Positions 1 through 11,220 are shown, counted from the stretch's first letter. The stretch is 64,000 nt of DNA from Betaproteobacteria bacterium (GCA_016192825.1 JACPTK010000025.1:3912-67911), one strand, 5' to 3'. Notes: a model not told the origin generated them from the sequence alone. Numbers and translations: made by a program.

Positions 1-95
1 CTGGAGCGCCTCTACCGCCGCATGTGGGCCATCTGGCTCAAGAATCACGCGGATCGCGGATAGCGGATCGAGGCTGGAGGCTGACTATTGCCTTT

Positions 96-123
96 ACGAG
101 TCACGAGCCGCGAGCCACGAGTC
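96..123. repeat. Heptamer tandem repeat (ACGAGYC-like, about 4 units) at the 3' end of the GATase gene
   Basis: Read directly: acgagtc acgagcc gcgagcc acgagtc. It overlaps the stop codon at 122-124. Confidence 0.6.
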
Positions 124-838
124 ACCGCTGTTGAAGGCCGGTGACCCAGCGGTCGTAGATGCGGTCGGCAATCGCGTTGAGCGCCCGCGTTTTCTCCTCG
201 ACCGCCGCCAGCATCTGCGCCGGCGTCTGCACCGAGGGCACGCGCCGGGCCAATGACTCGACTTCTTTCCCCCAGTCATGGCACCAGGCGCGGATCAGGT
301 CCGGCGTCATCTCGACGTGATACTGCATGGCGAGGTGCGGGCCGAGCGCGAAGGCCTGGTTCGCGCACCAGGGGCTGGATGCGATCCGCGCCGCGCCGGG
401 CGGGTTCGAAAAGGTCTCGCCGTGCCAGTGGAAGGATTCGAAGGACTCGAGCCCCGCGCCAAACCATTGCCGCGCCGCGTCGCCCGGAATCACGTCCACC
501 CGGCCCCAGCCGATTTCCTTGACCGGGTTGCGCGTGACCTCCCCGCCCAGGGCCTTCGCGATCAGCTGGCCGCCGAGGCAATGGCCGAGCGCCGGAACGC
601 CGGCGTCCGCGGCCGAGCGGATCAGGAGGAGCGCCGGCGCAATCCAGGGCAGATCGTCGTTGACGCTCATCGGACCGCCCATGAAAACGAGCCCGCTGAA
701 GCGGCCGGAATCGCGGGGAACCGCTTCACCCTCGTCAATCCGCACCAGCATCCACGGGATGTCGTGGCGATCGAGGTACGTGGCAAAATAACCCGGACCT
801 TCGGATGCCGCGTGGCGAAAAATGGCGACTGGCTTCAT
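122..838 (-). CDS. Class I (type 1) glutamine amidotransferase-like protein
   Basis: 238-aa ORF. It has the nucleophile elbow 'LGHCLGGQL' and a distal 'YHVE' His/Glu pair typical of the GATase1 fold. Confidence 0.8.
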   Translation of the reverse strand: MKPVAIFRHAASEGPGYFATYLDRHDIPWMLVRIDEGEAVPRDSGRFSGLVFMGGPMSVNDDLPWIAPALLLIRSAADAGVPALGHCLGGQLIAKALGGEVTRNPVKEIGWGRVDVIPGDAARQWFGAGLESFESFHWHGETFSNPPGAARIASSPWCANQAFALGPHLAMQYHVEMTPDLIRAWCHDWGKEVESLARRVPSVQTPAQMLAAVEEKTRALNAIADRIYDRWVTGLQQR

Positions 839-876
839 GGTGCTTGCGGCGCGGGCGCGGGATTGAGCGTGCAGTC

Positions 877-1524
877 ATGTTACGGGCTTTTCGGGCAATT
901 TTCCTGCTTTTCCTGTCCGCCTCGGGCCTGGCCGCCGCCGCCGACATCAACGTCGTCGCGCTCACCGCCGGCAAGGCGGTGGTGACCGTGAACGGCGGCA
1001 AGCCGCAAACGCTGGCGCTCGGGCAGGTCACGCCCGAGGGCGTGAAGCTGATCAGCGCGGACAGCGAGTCGGCCGTCATCGAGTTCGGGGGCAAGCGCCG
1101 GACACTCGGCATGGGGCAGCGCATCTCCCTCGGCGGCGGCCCCGTCGGCGCCCAGCGCGCGACGCTGACCGCCGACGCGGGAGGTCATTTCATTACCGTC
1201 GTCGTGATCAACGGCATTTCGATGAAGTTCATGGTGGACACCGGCGCCTCGCTCGTCACCCTCGGCAGCGTCGATGCCAGGCGCGCCGGCATCCGTTACC
1301 GCTCGGGCGAGAAAGCCATGCTTCAGACCGCGAGCGGCACGGTTCCCGCCTACCGCGTCAAGCTCGACACCGTGCGTCTCGGCGACATCACGCTCAACAA
1401 CGTGGACGGCGTCGTGGTCGAAGGCAAGCTCGCGGGCGAGCTCGGCCTGCTCGGCCTGAGCTTCCTCAACCGCGTGGACATGCAGCGCGACGGCGTGACG
1501 ATGACGTTGACCCGGCGCTACTGA
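877..1524 (+). CDS. Retropepsin-like (clan AA, TIGR02281-type) aspartic protease with signal peptide
   Basis: Signal-like N-terminus 'MLRAFRAIFLLFLSASGLAAAA'. The catalytic motif 'MVDTGAS' is followed by 'LGLSFL'. The internal ATG at 877 was chosen as start because it precedes the hydrophobic leader. Confidence 0.75.
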   Translation: MLRAFRAIFLLFLSASGLAAAADINVVALTAGKAVVTVNGGKPQTLALGQVTPEGVKLISADSESAVIEFGGKRRTLGMGQRISLGGGPVGAQRATLTADAGGHFITVVVINGISMKFMVDTGASLVTLGSVDARRAGIRYRSGEKAMLQTASGTVPAYRVKLDTVRLGDITLNNVDGVVVEGKLAGELGLLGLSFLNRVDMQRDGVTMTLTRRY

Positions 1525-1568
1525 ACAGGATTCGGGATCGGGCCGCTCCGGCGTCCAGGCGGACCCTC

Positions 1569-2873
<1,305 letters not shown>

Positions 2874-2909
2874 ACGCTGGCCCCGTCACAGGCTGCCGAC
2901 CATGCGTAC

Positions 2910-3560
2910 TCACCCGAGGGGAGTGCCGCGGCCGATCAGTCGCATGAACTCCGCGCGCGTCTTGTCGGTGTTGAATTCGCCGGTAAAGGCCGAGGTGGTC
3001 GCGATCGAGTGCTGCTTCTGGATGCCGCGCATCACCATGCACATGTGCTGCGCCTCGATCACCACCGCCACGCCCTGCGGCTGCAACGTCTCCTCGATGC
3101 AATTGCGGATCTCGACGGTGAGGCGCTCCTGCACCTGCAGCCGCCGCGCGAACGCGTCCACGACGCGCGGAATCTTGGACAGCCCGACGATGCAGCCGTT
3201 GGGGATGTAGGCGACGTGGCACTTGCCGAAGAACGGCAGGACATGGTGCTCGCACAGCGAGTAGAGCTCGATGTCCTTCACGATCACCATCTGCTGGTAC
3301 TCTTCGCGGAACATCGCCGAGCGCAGGATGCCCGCGGGATCGAGATCGTAGCCGTGCATCAGGAATTGCAGCGCCTTCGCCACGCGCTCGGGCGTCTCCT
3401 TCAGCCCTTCGCGCTCCGGGTTTTCGCCGAGGTCCTTGAGGATGGCACGGTACTTGTCCGCGATGCGGCGCACGACGGCGGGGTTGTACTGGTCGTTCCG
3501 CGCGTACCCCGCGTAGCCGTTCATCTCGTTTTCTTCGAGCATTTTTCTATTGAGCGTCAT
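2910..3560 (-). CDS. folE: GTP cyclohydrolase I (FolE type 1)
   Basis: 216-aa ORF with '[21 protein letters not shown]' and 'HMCMVMRG', the hallmark FolE motifs. Confidence 0.92.
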   Translation of the reverse strand: MTLNRKMLEENEMNGYAGYARNDQYNPAVVRRIADKYRAILKDLGENPEREGLKETPERVAKALQFLMHGYDLDPAGILRSAMFREEYQQMVIVKDIELYSLCEHHVLPFFGKCHVAYIPNGCIVGLSKIPRVVDAFARRLQVQERLTVEIRNCIEETLQPQGVAVVIEAQHMCMVMRGIQKQHSIATTSAFTGEFNTDKTRAEFMRLIGRGTPLG

Positions 3561-3635
3561 CGGAATCCTGGCCTCGTCGGAAGTGCCGGCATCGGTGCTT
3601 CCATTATCTTTTCCCCAACAGCGGAAAAGATGATT

Positions 3636-5561
3636 TTACCCCTCAGGATCTCGTCGGGTCCGGCCCGACGAAATCCTCGCGCGGATGGACTTGACGATGC
3701 CTTCCGTGTTGAGACCGACGTGAGCGAGCTGAATTCCCGGATCGCCCTGGTCCACGAAGCGGTCGGGCAGCCCCAGCTGCAGCACCGGGGTGTCCTTCCC
3801 CATCTTCTGCAGCGCCTCGAGCACGGCGCTCCCCGCCCCGCCCATGACGGTGTTCTCCTCGACCGTCACCAGGAGGTCGTGGGAATCGGCCAGTTCGGCC
3901 ACGAGCTGCTCGTCCAGCGGCTTCACGAAGCGCATGCTGGCCACCGTGGCATCGAGCGCCTCCGCCGCCTCCAGCGCGGGATGGAGCGGTGCGCCGAAAG
4001 CGAGGATCGCGACCTTCTTCGAGAGGATCGCGAACGCCTTCCCCCTGCGGCGGATCTCGCCGCGCCCGATGGGCAGCGCCGTCATCTCCTTGCGGACCTC
4101 CACGCCCGGCCCCGTTCCGCGCGGGTAGCGCACCGCCGCGGGCGTCGCCATCTGGAACCCGGTGTAGAGCATCTGCCGGCATTCGTTCCCGTCGGCGGGC
4201 GTCATCACCGTCATGTTGGGCAGGCACCGCAGGTAGGTGAGGTCGAAGCTGCCGTTATGGGTCGCGCCGTCGGCCCCGACCAGTCCCGCGCGGTCGATCG
4301 CGAACAGGATCGGCAGCTTCTGGATCTGCACGTCGTGGATCAGCTGGTCGTAGGCGCGCTGCAGGAACGTCGAGTAGATCGCCACCACCGGCTTGTAGCC
4401 CTCGCAGGCAAGCCCCGCCGCGAAAGTGACCGAGTGCTGCTCGGCGATGCCGGCGTCGAAGTAGCGCTCGGGATAGCGCTCGGCGAACTTCACCAGCCCG
4501 GACCCCTCGCGCATCGCGGGCGTGATGCCGATGAGCCGCGGGTCCTTCTCCGCCATGTCGCATATCCATTCGCCGAACACTTGCGTGTAGGTCAGCTTGC
4601 CGCCGCTCTTGCCGCCGACGATGCCGCTCGCCGCGTCGAACTTGGACACGCCGTGGTAGAGCACGGGATCGGCCTCGGCGAGCTTGTAGCCCTGGCCCTT
4701 CCGGGTCACCACGTGCAGGAACTGCGGGCCTTTCAGCTCCTTCATGTTCCTCAGGGTGGGGATCAGGGCGTCGAGATCGTGCCCGTCGATCGGGCCGATA
4801 TAGTTGAAACCCAGCTCCTCGAACAGCGTGCCGGGCGTCACCATCCCCTTCACGTGCTCCTCGGCGCGCTTGGCAAGCTCCCCCAGCACTTTCTCGCCCA
4901 GCCCCCTCGCCGCGGCGTAAAAACGCCCCGACATGAGCTTGGCGAGATACTTGTTGAGCGCGCCCACCGGCGGGGATATCGACATCTCGTTGTCGTTCAG
5001 GATCACCAGGAGATCGGCGTCGGAGGCGCCGGCGTTATTGAGCGCCTCGAACGCCATGCCGGCCGTCATCGCGCCGTCGCCGATCACCGCCACGACGTGC
5101 CGCTTCACGCCCGCCAGCCTGGAGGCGACCGCCATGCCGAGCGCGGCGCTGATCGAGGTGCTGGAATGCGCGGTGCCGAAGGTGTCGTACTCGCTCTCCT
5201 CGCGGCGCGGGAAGCCCGAGAGCCCGCCCCACATCCGCAGCCGGTCCATGCCTTCACGCCGGCCGGTGAGCACCTTGTGCCCGTAGGTCTGGTGGCCGAC
5301 GTCCCACACGATCCGGTCGTGCGGGGTGTCGAGCACGTAGTGCAGCGCGATGGTCAGCTCCACCGTGCCGAGGTTGGAGGAGAGATGGCCGCCGGTCTGG
5401 CTCACCGAATCGACCAGGAAGGCGCGCAGCTCGTCCGCGAGCCGCTTCAGCTGCTGCTCATCGAGACGGCGCAGCTCGCGCGGGTAGTTGATGGTCTTGA
5501 GCAGGTCGTACACCCGGTTAAGGATAACCTGACCGCCCGCCGGCAACGCAGTGTCCGTCAT
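3636..5561 (-). CDS. dxs: 1-deoxy-D-xylulose-5-phosphate synthase
   Basis: 641-aa ORF. It has '[20 protein letters not shown]', '[18 protein letters not shown]' and the ThDP motif '[15 protein letters not shown]'. Confidence 0.95.
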   Translation of the reverse strand: MTDTALPAGGQVILNRVYDLLKTINYPRELRRLDEQQLKRLADELRAFLVDSVSQTGGHLSSNLGTVELTIALHYVLDTPHDRIVWDVGHQTYGHKVLTGRREGMDRLRMWGGLSGFPRREESEYDTFGTAHSSTSISAALGMAVASRLAGVKRHVVAVIGDGAMTAGMAFEALNNAGASDADLLVILNDNEMSISPPVGALNKYLAKLMSGRFYAAARGLGEKVLGELAKRAEEHVKGMVTPGTLFEELGFNYIGPIDGHDLDALIPTLRNMKELKGPQFLHVVTRKGQGYKLAEADPVLYHGVSKFDAASGIVGGKSGGKLTYTQVFGEWICDMAEKDPRLIGITPAMREGSGLVKFAERYPERYFDAGIAEQHSVTFAAGLACEGYKPVVAIYSTFLQRAYDQLIHDVQIQKLPILFAIDRAGLVGADGATHNGSFDLTYLRCLPNMTVMTPADGNECRQMLYTGFQMATPAAVRYPRGTGPGVEVRKEMTALPIGRGEIRRRGKAFAILSKKVAILAFGAPLHPALEAAEALDATVASMRFVKPLDEQLVAELADSHDLLVTVEENTVMGGAGSAVLEALQKMGKDTPVLQLGLPDRFVDQGDPGIQLAHVGLNTEGIVKSIRARISSGRTRRDPEG

Positions 5562-6463
5562 CAGAATTTCCTGAGCACGATGAAATCCGCGAGCTGGCGC
5601 AGCCGCAGCGCGCGCCCGCCGAAGCCCGCGAGCGCATCGAGGGCATCCCGTCTCAGCTCCCCGGCCAGCTCCCGCGCGCGCGAGACGCCGATCGCGCTGA
5701 CGTAAGTGGGCTTCCCCTGCCTGGCGTCCTTGCCCGCCGTCTTGCCGAGCGTCGCGGTGGAGGAATCGGCGTCGAGCACGTCGTCCACCACCTGGAACGC
5801 GAGGCCGATCAGCTTCGCGAACTGGTCGAGCTGGCCGAACTCCTTCTCGGCGAGCCCGTTGCCGCAGCGCGCGCCGAGCAGGACCGAGGCGCGGATCAAC
5901 GCCCCGGTCTTGTGGATGTGCATGAACTCGAGCTCGGGCACCGTCAGGCCCTTCCCGATGGACGCGAGGTCGATCGCCTGTCCCCCCGCCATGCCGCGCG
6001 AGCCCGTTGCCGTGGCGAGGAGCTTCACCATCTCGAGCTGCGTCTTCATGTCGTCGGCCAGCCGGTATTCCCCGAGGAGCTGAAAGGCGAGGCTCTGCAG
6101 CGCGTCGCCCACCAGCAGCGCGGTCGGTTCGTCGTACTCGACGTGACAGGTCGGCTTGCCGCGCCGGAGCACGTCGTCATCCATGCACGGCAGGTCGTCG
6201 TGCACCAGGGAATAGGCGTGAATCATCTCCACGGCCGCCGCGGCGATCTCGACGCGGGCCGGATCCGCGTGCGCGAGCTCGCCGGCGGAAAACGCCAGCA
6301 GCGGGCGCACGCGCTTGCCGCCTTCCAGCACCGCGTAGCGCATCGCCTGGTGCAGGCGCTGCGGGGCGATCTCCGGCGCCGGCAGCACGCGCCGCAAGGT
6401 CTCCTCGACGCGCTGCAGGCTGGCGTGCGACCACGCCGAAAAGTCAGTCGTCGTTACCGTCAC
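5561..6463 (-). CDS. ispA: Farnesyl diphosphate synthase (geranyltranstransferase)
   Basis: It carries the two Asp-rich motifs '[17 protein letters not shown]' and 'FQVVDDVLD'. The start was taken as the GTG at 6463, which overlaps the xseB stop. The ispA stop overlaps the dxs ATG (ATGA). Confidence 0.88.
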   Translation of the reverse strand: MTVTTTDFSAWSHASLQRVEETLRRVLPAPEIAPQRLHQAMRYAVLEGGKRVRPLLAFSAGELAHADPARVEIAAAAVEMIHAYSLVHDDLPCMDDDVLRRGKPTCHVEYDEPTALLVGDALQSLAFQLLGEYRLADDMKTQLEMVKLLATATGSRGMAGGQAIDLASIGKGLTVPELEFMHIHKTGALIRASVLLGARCGNGLAEKEFGQLDQFAKLIGLAFQVVDDVLDADSSTATLGKTAGKDARQGKPTYVSAIGVSRARELAGELRRDALDALAGFGGRALRLRQLADFIVLRKF

Positions 6464-6686
6464 TCTTGAAGTCCCGCAGGATGCCGTCCTCCAGCACCTT
6501 GACCTGCTGCTGCGCATCCTGCAGGGCGGCCTGGCAGTACTTGAGCAGCTCCGCGCCGCGCTTGTAGGCCGCGAGCGAGTGCTCGAGGGGCAGCTCGCCG
6601 TCCTCCATGCTCGAGACGATCTTCTCGAGTTCCGCCAATGCGGCTTCGAGGGATTCCGGCGGCTGGGATTTCGGGGCCTTGGACAT
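6444..6686 (-). CDS. xseB: Exodeoxyribonuclease VII small subunit
   Basis: 80-aa product 'MSKAPKSQPPESLEAALAELEKIVSSMEDGELPLEHSLAAYKRGAELLKYCQ'. The xseB-ispA-dxs order is classical. Confidence 0.85.
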   Translation of the reverse strand: MSKAPKSQPPESLEAALAELEKIVSSMEDGELPLEHSLAAYKRGAELLKYCQAALQDAQQQVKVLEDGILRDFKSDGNDD

Positions 6687-6846
6687 GGGCTGATCGCCCA
6701 GGCGTTTGCCGGACTGAGCTCCGGCAGGCTGCTGGACGAAGGCGAAAGAGTAGCTCAATCAGACGCTTGGGGTCAACGCGAAACGCGCGACCCGGCGCCT
6801 GCGACGCGCGGCGCCCGATCACGGCGGCCGCGGCCGAAACAATGAT

Positions 6847-7443
6847 TCAGACTGCGCGATGCTTGCCGATTTTCCAGCCGTGCGCGGCGATGTGCTTCTC
6901 CGCGACTTCGGCCGGCTCTTCCTCGAGCGGCGTCGCCATCGTGTCGTTGAACCGGTTCATGAAGCCGAAATAGGCGATCAATGCCACGATTTCCACGATT
7001 TCGCCTTCGGACCAATGCTGCTTCATCCGGGTGAACAGCTCGTCGGTGACGTCGTTGGGCTGTGATGCGGCCGCGATCGCGAATTCGAGCGCCACGCGCT
7101 CGCGCTCGTCGAACAGCGGGCTCGACCTGAACTCCCAGACCGCCTCGAGCTTTTCTTCCTTGATGCCAGACCGGAGCGACCCTCCGGCATTGTGGGCCAT
7201 TCAGTAATGGCATCCGTGAGTGCGCGCGGCGACATAGGCCAGCAGGCGCTTGAAGCCCACGCCGACCTCTCCCTGGGGATCGAACACGGCGCCGTTCAGC
7301 GCGCGCACGGCCCGCAGGATCTTCGGCTTGCGCTGGAGGATGAGCTGGCTGTTGGGTATGTAGTGGCCGGAAGCCCTGATCTGCTCGAACATGTCGTTCA
7401 GTTCGGGTACCGAGCCAACCGGCAACGGCGCGAGGCGGGTCAT
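6847..7443 (-). CDS. AhpD/carboxymuconolactone-decarboxylase (CMD)-like protein with in-frame TGA read as selenocysteine (CxxU), copy A
   Basis: ORFs 7201..7443 and 6847..7200 are in the same frame, separated only by the TGA at 7201-7203. The joined sequence reads '...ARTHGCHY-U-MAHNAGG...'. The 198-residue product aligns end to end with the Cys paralogue at 38125..38721 ('AAGCRY-C-TAHNAEN'). The RBS is AAGGA. A hairpin lies downstream of the TGA. Confidence 0.85.
7163..7190 (-). promoter_or_regulatory. Candidate bacterial SECIS hairpin for CMD-like copy A
   Basis: The mRNA reads UGA AUGGCCCACA AUGCC-GGAG GGUCG CUCC-GG UCU GGCAU. The core stem is CCGGAG/CUCCGG with apical loop GGUCG. The loop begins 19 nt after the UGA. 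Confidence 0.6.
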
Positions 7444-7470
7444 ATCACGTCCTTTCTGGCTTGATGAAGA

Positions 7471-8712
7471 TCATGTCTTGCGGCGCTCGTGCCGGGACTC
7501 GGCGAGACCGTCCGCCACGAACCGCGGAACGAGGCTCAGCCTGCCGAGCGGCTTGAGCGACTCGTCATCGCTTTTCAGGCAGATATCCCGGATCGCCAGG
7601 AATGCCCTCGCCGCGGCCGTCTCGCGCCAGAACCAGTTCTCGATGGCCTTCGCCGCGAGATTCCCCGGTTGCGCCGCGACGGCCTCGTAGTAGTACGCCT
7701 TGACGTCGTCGCATGCTCGTTTCACGGCCAACCCGGCAGACAACCCGGCAACGGGCGGTGGCCTGGTCGCGCCATCGAGACAGGATGCGACATACCGCGC
7801 GGCCTCCTCTACCGTCGCCCCGAACACGCCCACGGTCGTGCGTCCCCGCCGTTTTCGTGCAAGGTCGTACCACGGTGCCAGCCGGGCAATTTCTTCGCGC
7901 AGGGCGTGGGCAAGCCCGCCCGCCTCCGCCTTCATGGAAGCGAAGCTGACGGGGCATGCGAAACCGCTCTCCTGGTCACCCGACGCCGGAGCATCCTCCG
8001 GAAAATCCTCCAGCACCGGACCTGCGGAGCGCTCGAACAGCGACAGCAGGGCACTCAAGACCCTGCGCTGGAATTGCGGCTCGTTCGGCGCCCCGAACGG
8101 CCGCCCGAGCATGAACGGCACCCACAGCGCCCGGGGCGGCTTGATGGCCGCGGTCTGTTCCCGGATCAGGCTGATCTGGGCCGTCGGAACGCCCTCCCGC
8201 TCGATGTAGTGGCCGAGTGCGCCCACGGCGCACGTGCAGTTGGGTCAGACAGGGGTCAGCAACACCGCGTCGACGCGATCCTTCTTGAGCAGCGCGGCGA
8301 GTTCCCGGGCCTTGGGCTCGAGCGCGCGGATCGGGGCGGCCCCCATGAACGCATAGTGAAAATCCGAAACCGCTCCGATCGCGCCGTCGGCCTTGAGCTC
8401 CCGCAGTCGCCCGAGCGGAAACACGACGTTAATATCTTCCTGGAAGCCGCTGCGATCGAAGTTGACCGACGAGTGGCTCATGATCAGGTCGCCGGCGGGC
8501 GTTTCCCCGGGAATGACACGGTAGTCCGTCGCCCCGATCTCGAACGGCCGGTCGCCGCGCACGTGCACCCCCGACGTCGTGACGATGGCCACGCGGCGAT
8601 CGCGCAGCAGCGGTCCCGCCGCGAAGGGCGTCCCGCCGAAGTCGGGCAGGTCCCGGATCTTGTCCAGGTGGTGCTTTTGCTCGGATGCGGAAAAATCGGT
8701 CAATCGGGCCAT
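7471..8712 (-). CDS. GrdB/PrdB-family (glycine/sarcosine/betaine/proline reductase component B-like) protein with in-frame TGA read as selenocysteine
   Basis: ORFs 8245..8712 and 7471..8226 are in frame. Between them the sequence reads 'LLTPV-U-PNCTCAVGALGHY', with the TGA at 8245-8247. The combined product is 413 residues. The N-terminal part 'SGVHVRGDRPFE...DINVVFPLGRLRELKADGAIG' and the C-terminal part 'EREGVPTAQISLIRE' resemble the selenoprotein B family. Confidence 0.8.
8217..8233 (-). promoter_or_regulatory. Candidate SECIS hairpin for the GrdB-like gene
   Basis: The mRNA reads UGA CCCAACUGCAC GUGCGCC GUG GGCGCAC. The 7-bp perfect stem starts 12 nt after the UGA. The loop contains GU. 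Confidence 0.6.
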
Positions 8713-8755
8713 GGACTCCCTTTTTTCTCTTCGTGTTGCTGTTGATCCGCCGCGA

Positions 8756-9370
8756 TCAGCGGCGGTGCTTGCCGACGCTCCAGCCGGACTTTGCGAGATG
8801 TTTCTCGCCCACTTCGACCGGCTCCTCCTCGAGCGGGGTCGCCATGGTGTCGTTCCAGCGATTCAAGAAGCCGAACATCGCCACGACACCCGCGATCTCC
8901 ACGATCTGGTTCTCGGTCCAGTGCCGCTTCATCTTGGCGAAGAGTTCGTCGGTCACGTTGTTGGGCTGGGCGGCCGCCGCGATCGAAAACTCGAGCGCAA
9001 CCCGCTCCTTTTCGTCGAACAACAGGCTCGTGCGAAATTCCCATACCGCTTCGAGCTTCTTTTCGTCAATTCCGAGCCGGAGCGCCGCCCCGGCGGTGTG
9101 AGCCATTCAGTAGTGGCAGCCGTGAGCCTTGCTCGCCACGTGGGCGAGCAGCCGCCTGAAGCCGACCGGCACCTCGCCCTGCGGGTCCCAGACCGCCGCC
9201 GAGAGTTGCGAGAAGGCCTTCACCAGCTTCGGCTTGCGCTGCATGATGAGCAAGCTGTTCGGCACAAATCCCAGAGATTTCACGCTGGACTGGAACGCAT
9301 CCTTTAGCTCCGGGTCGGCGTCCTGCGGCAGCGCCGCCAGCCGCGGCCCGGGTCTCGGCCGTTGATTCAT
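8756..9370 (-). CDS. AhpD/CMD-like protein with in-frame TGA read as selenocysteine (CxxU), copy B
   Basis: ORFs 9107..9370 and 8756..9106 are in frame across the TGA at 9107-9109. The joined sequence reads '...SKAHGCHY-U-MAHTAGA...'. It is a paralogue of copy A and of the Cys form at 38125..38721. A strong RBS (AGGAGGAG) lies upstream of the ATG at 9370. Confidence 0.85.
9076..9094 (-). promoter_or_regulatory. Candidate SECIS hairpin for CMD-like copy B
   Basis: The mRNA reads GCCGGGG CGGCG CUCCGGC. It has the same position and architecture as copy A: 6-7 bp stem and 5-nt loop. An A-U pair in copy A is replaced here by a G.U pair. Confidence 0.5.
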
Positions 9371-9399
9371 CTATCTCCTCCTTGCCTCATGCCGGATCG

Positions 9400-9927
9400 C
9401 TACGCTTCACCGCGCGCCGGGTAGTTCTTGGAAACGACAAAATCGATCGCGCTCAGGATTTCGTTGAAGTGCGGCCGGGCAAACGGCATCGTCGAATACG
9501 ACGCCCAGTATAGTGTCGCGTCCGGCTTGACCAGGAACAGTCCCGGCTCGGCGAACAGCGGCGGCTCCTCGATCCCTGCCGAGGTCATGCCGCGGCCGGT
9601 GGAAACGTACAGCCCCCACTGGCGCGCGGATTCGATCGAAACACCGTAGCCGACCGTCAGATTCGGCAAGCCCCACTGCGTCTTCGCCTGCTCGGCACGC
9701 TCCTTTACATCCGTGCTGGTGACGAGCGTGGACACGCCGCGCTTGTCGAACTCCCCGATCAGGCCGTTCAGTTCGCTCGTGTACTTGCGGCACACCGGGC
9801 AGTGCAGGCCGCGGTAGAAAACAATCATTGAAAAGTTCTGCGGTTTCTGGGCGAAAAGCTTCCAGCGTCCGCCGCCGAGGGTTTCCACTTCGAGCGCGGG
9901 AACAGATTTACGGGGCATGAGCGACAT
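9400..9927 (-). CDS. Peroxiredoxin-like (AhpC/TSA-family, thioredoxin-fold) protein
   Basis: 175-aa ORF with 'FYRGLHCPVCRKY' (CxxC in a redoxin context). It lies 29 nt upstream of CMD-like copy B on the same strand. Confidence 0.75.
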   Translation of the reverse strand: MSLMPRKSVPALEVETLGGGRWKLFAQKPQNFSMIVFYRGLHCPVCRKYTSELNGLIGEFDKRGVSTLVTSTDVKERAEQAKTQWGLPNLTVGYGVSIESARQWGLYVSTGRGMTSAGIEEPPLFAEPGLFLVKPDATLYWASYSTMPFARPHFNEILSAIDFVVSKNYPARGEA

Positions 9928-9943
9928 GCGATCTCCTGATTGT

Positions 9944-10445
9944 CTAGTTGCTCGTGATTTTCGCCGCTCGCACCACCTTGCCCCAGCGCTCCGATTCCGA
10001 GCGCATCATCGACAAGGTTTCATCTGGCGACAGCGCCGCCATGGACGCCGCGCCCATGGAAGTAAAACGCTTCTGGACATCCGGCGAAGTCAGCGCTTGC
10101 GCCATGCCGGAATGCAGCTTGCCGACAACGGGTCTCGGCGTGCCGGCGGGCACCATGACGGCGAAGACCGTCGTGATGTCGTAGTGGGGCGCCTTCTCCT
10201 GACAGGCAGCGACGGATGGGCAACCAGAATATGCAGCACTCCGCCGAGCAGCGTAACCGGCGCAAGGTCGCGTTGCGTGACATAGGACATTTGGAAAATG
10301 GATTGATGGCATGCGTCTGCACGCCATCCACCAGCACGGTATGGCCATCGGGCCGTGAGCGGACGGCGTGTTCGGAGCCGATCATGCCGTTCGCGCCCCC
10401 GCGATTGTCCACCACGACCTGCTGGCCCATGACCATAACCGGCGA
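9944..10445 (-). pseudogene. Bug-family (TctC-like) tripartite tricarboxylate transporter substrate-binding protein remnant
   Basis: Homologous pieces lie in three frames: 'QQVVVDNRGGANGMIGSEHAVRSRPDGHTVLVDGVQTHAINPF', 'YVTQRDLAPVTLLGGVLHILVAHPSLPV' and 'FAVMVPAGTPRPVVGKLHSGMAQALTSPDVQKRF...ERWGKVVRAAKI'. The N-terminus and a central block are missing. Confidence 0.7.
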
Positions 10446-10450
10446 AAAAA

Positions 10451-11035
10451 TCAGCGATCGAGGCAGCGCAGCATCACCGATTGGATGTCCTCGAGCGCCG
10501 CGCGATCGGGGTTGGCCTTCCCGACCAGCCGCAGGCCCTGGATGCCGGCCACGAGAAAGCGCGCGATCGCGTCGACATCCGCGGTCTTCGCGATCTCGCC
10601 GCGTGATTGCGCGCGCACCAGCGCATCGCGAAATGTCGCCTCGATGCGCTCGAGGCTGCGGCGCACCCGGGCCGCCGTCGCCCGGTCCTGCCGTGCAAGC
10701 TCGGCGGCGCAATTGCCGATGAAACATCCGATCCTGCCCGAACCGGTGACAATGTTCTCGACGAGATTACCCACGAAATCCGCCACCGCCTGCTGAATCG
10801 GCACCGGCCGCGACAGCGCTGCGGTGATGCGCGCGATGCCCTGCTCCTCGTAACGGCTGAGCGACTGGTGCAGCAGTGAGCGCTTTCCGCCGAAGGCTGC
10901 GTAGAGGCTGGACCGGCTGAGCCCAGTCGCCGCGCACAGGTCGTCCAATGACGTCGCTCTGAAGCCCTTCGCCCAGAACGCCTGCATTGCACGTTCGAGC
11001 ACAGCATCCGAATCGAACTCGCGGGGTCGGGCCAT
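10451..11035 (-). CDS. TetR/AcrR-family transcriptional regulator
   Basis: 194-aa ORF with the N-terminal HTH 'AMQAFWAKGFRATSLDDLCAATGLSRSSLYAAFGGKR'. Confidence 0.85.
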   Translation of the reverse strand: MARPREFDSDAVLERAMQAFWAKGFRATSLDDLCAATGLSRSSLYAAFGGKRSLLHQSLSRYEEQGIARITAALSRPVPIQQAVADFVGNLVENIVTGSGRIGCFIGNCAAELARQDRATAARVRRSLERIEATFRDALVRAQSRGEIAKTADVDAIARFLVAGIQGLRLVGKANPDRAALEDIQSVMLRCLDR

Positions 11036-11192
11036 AACCCAGATTCACGAAGAATTATTACGGACTATACATTCCGGAATATTGGCGTGCAAGTTTTTTT
11101 TGCGCCAGCACCGGCCCGCCCCCCTTGCATGCCGCCACGCTTGCGGCAACGCGCGAAATCCGCATATTGTTCTCCATCTCAGGACTGGTTCA

Positions 11193-11220
11193 TTATAGAA
11201 TGCTCGTTCCAGAACGCGAT
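11193..11220. promoter_or_regulatory. Candidate TetR operator/promoter motif (shared with 38789..38818)
   Basis: 'ttatagaatgctcgttccagaacgcgat' matches 'ttatagaatggtcattccaaaatgcaat' at the second TetR/CMD locus. It contains the inverted repeat GAATG-nn-C(A/G)TTC. Confidence 0.35.

Noticed and set aside
2874-2909. An FMN riboswitch upstream of ribBA.
   Set aside because: Only 36 nt separate the ribBA start from the folE stop. That is far too short for an RFN element.
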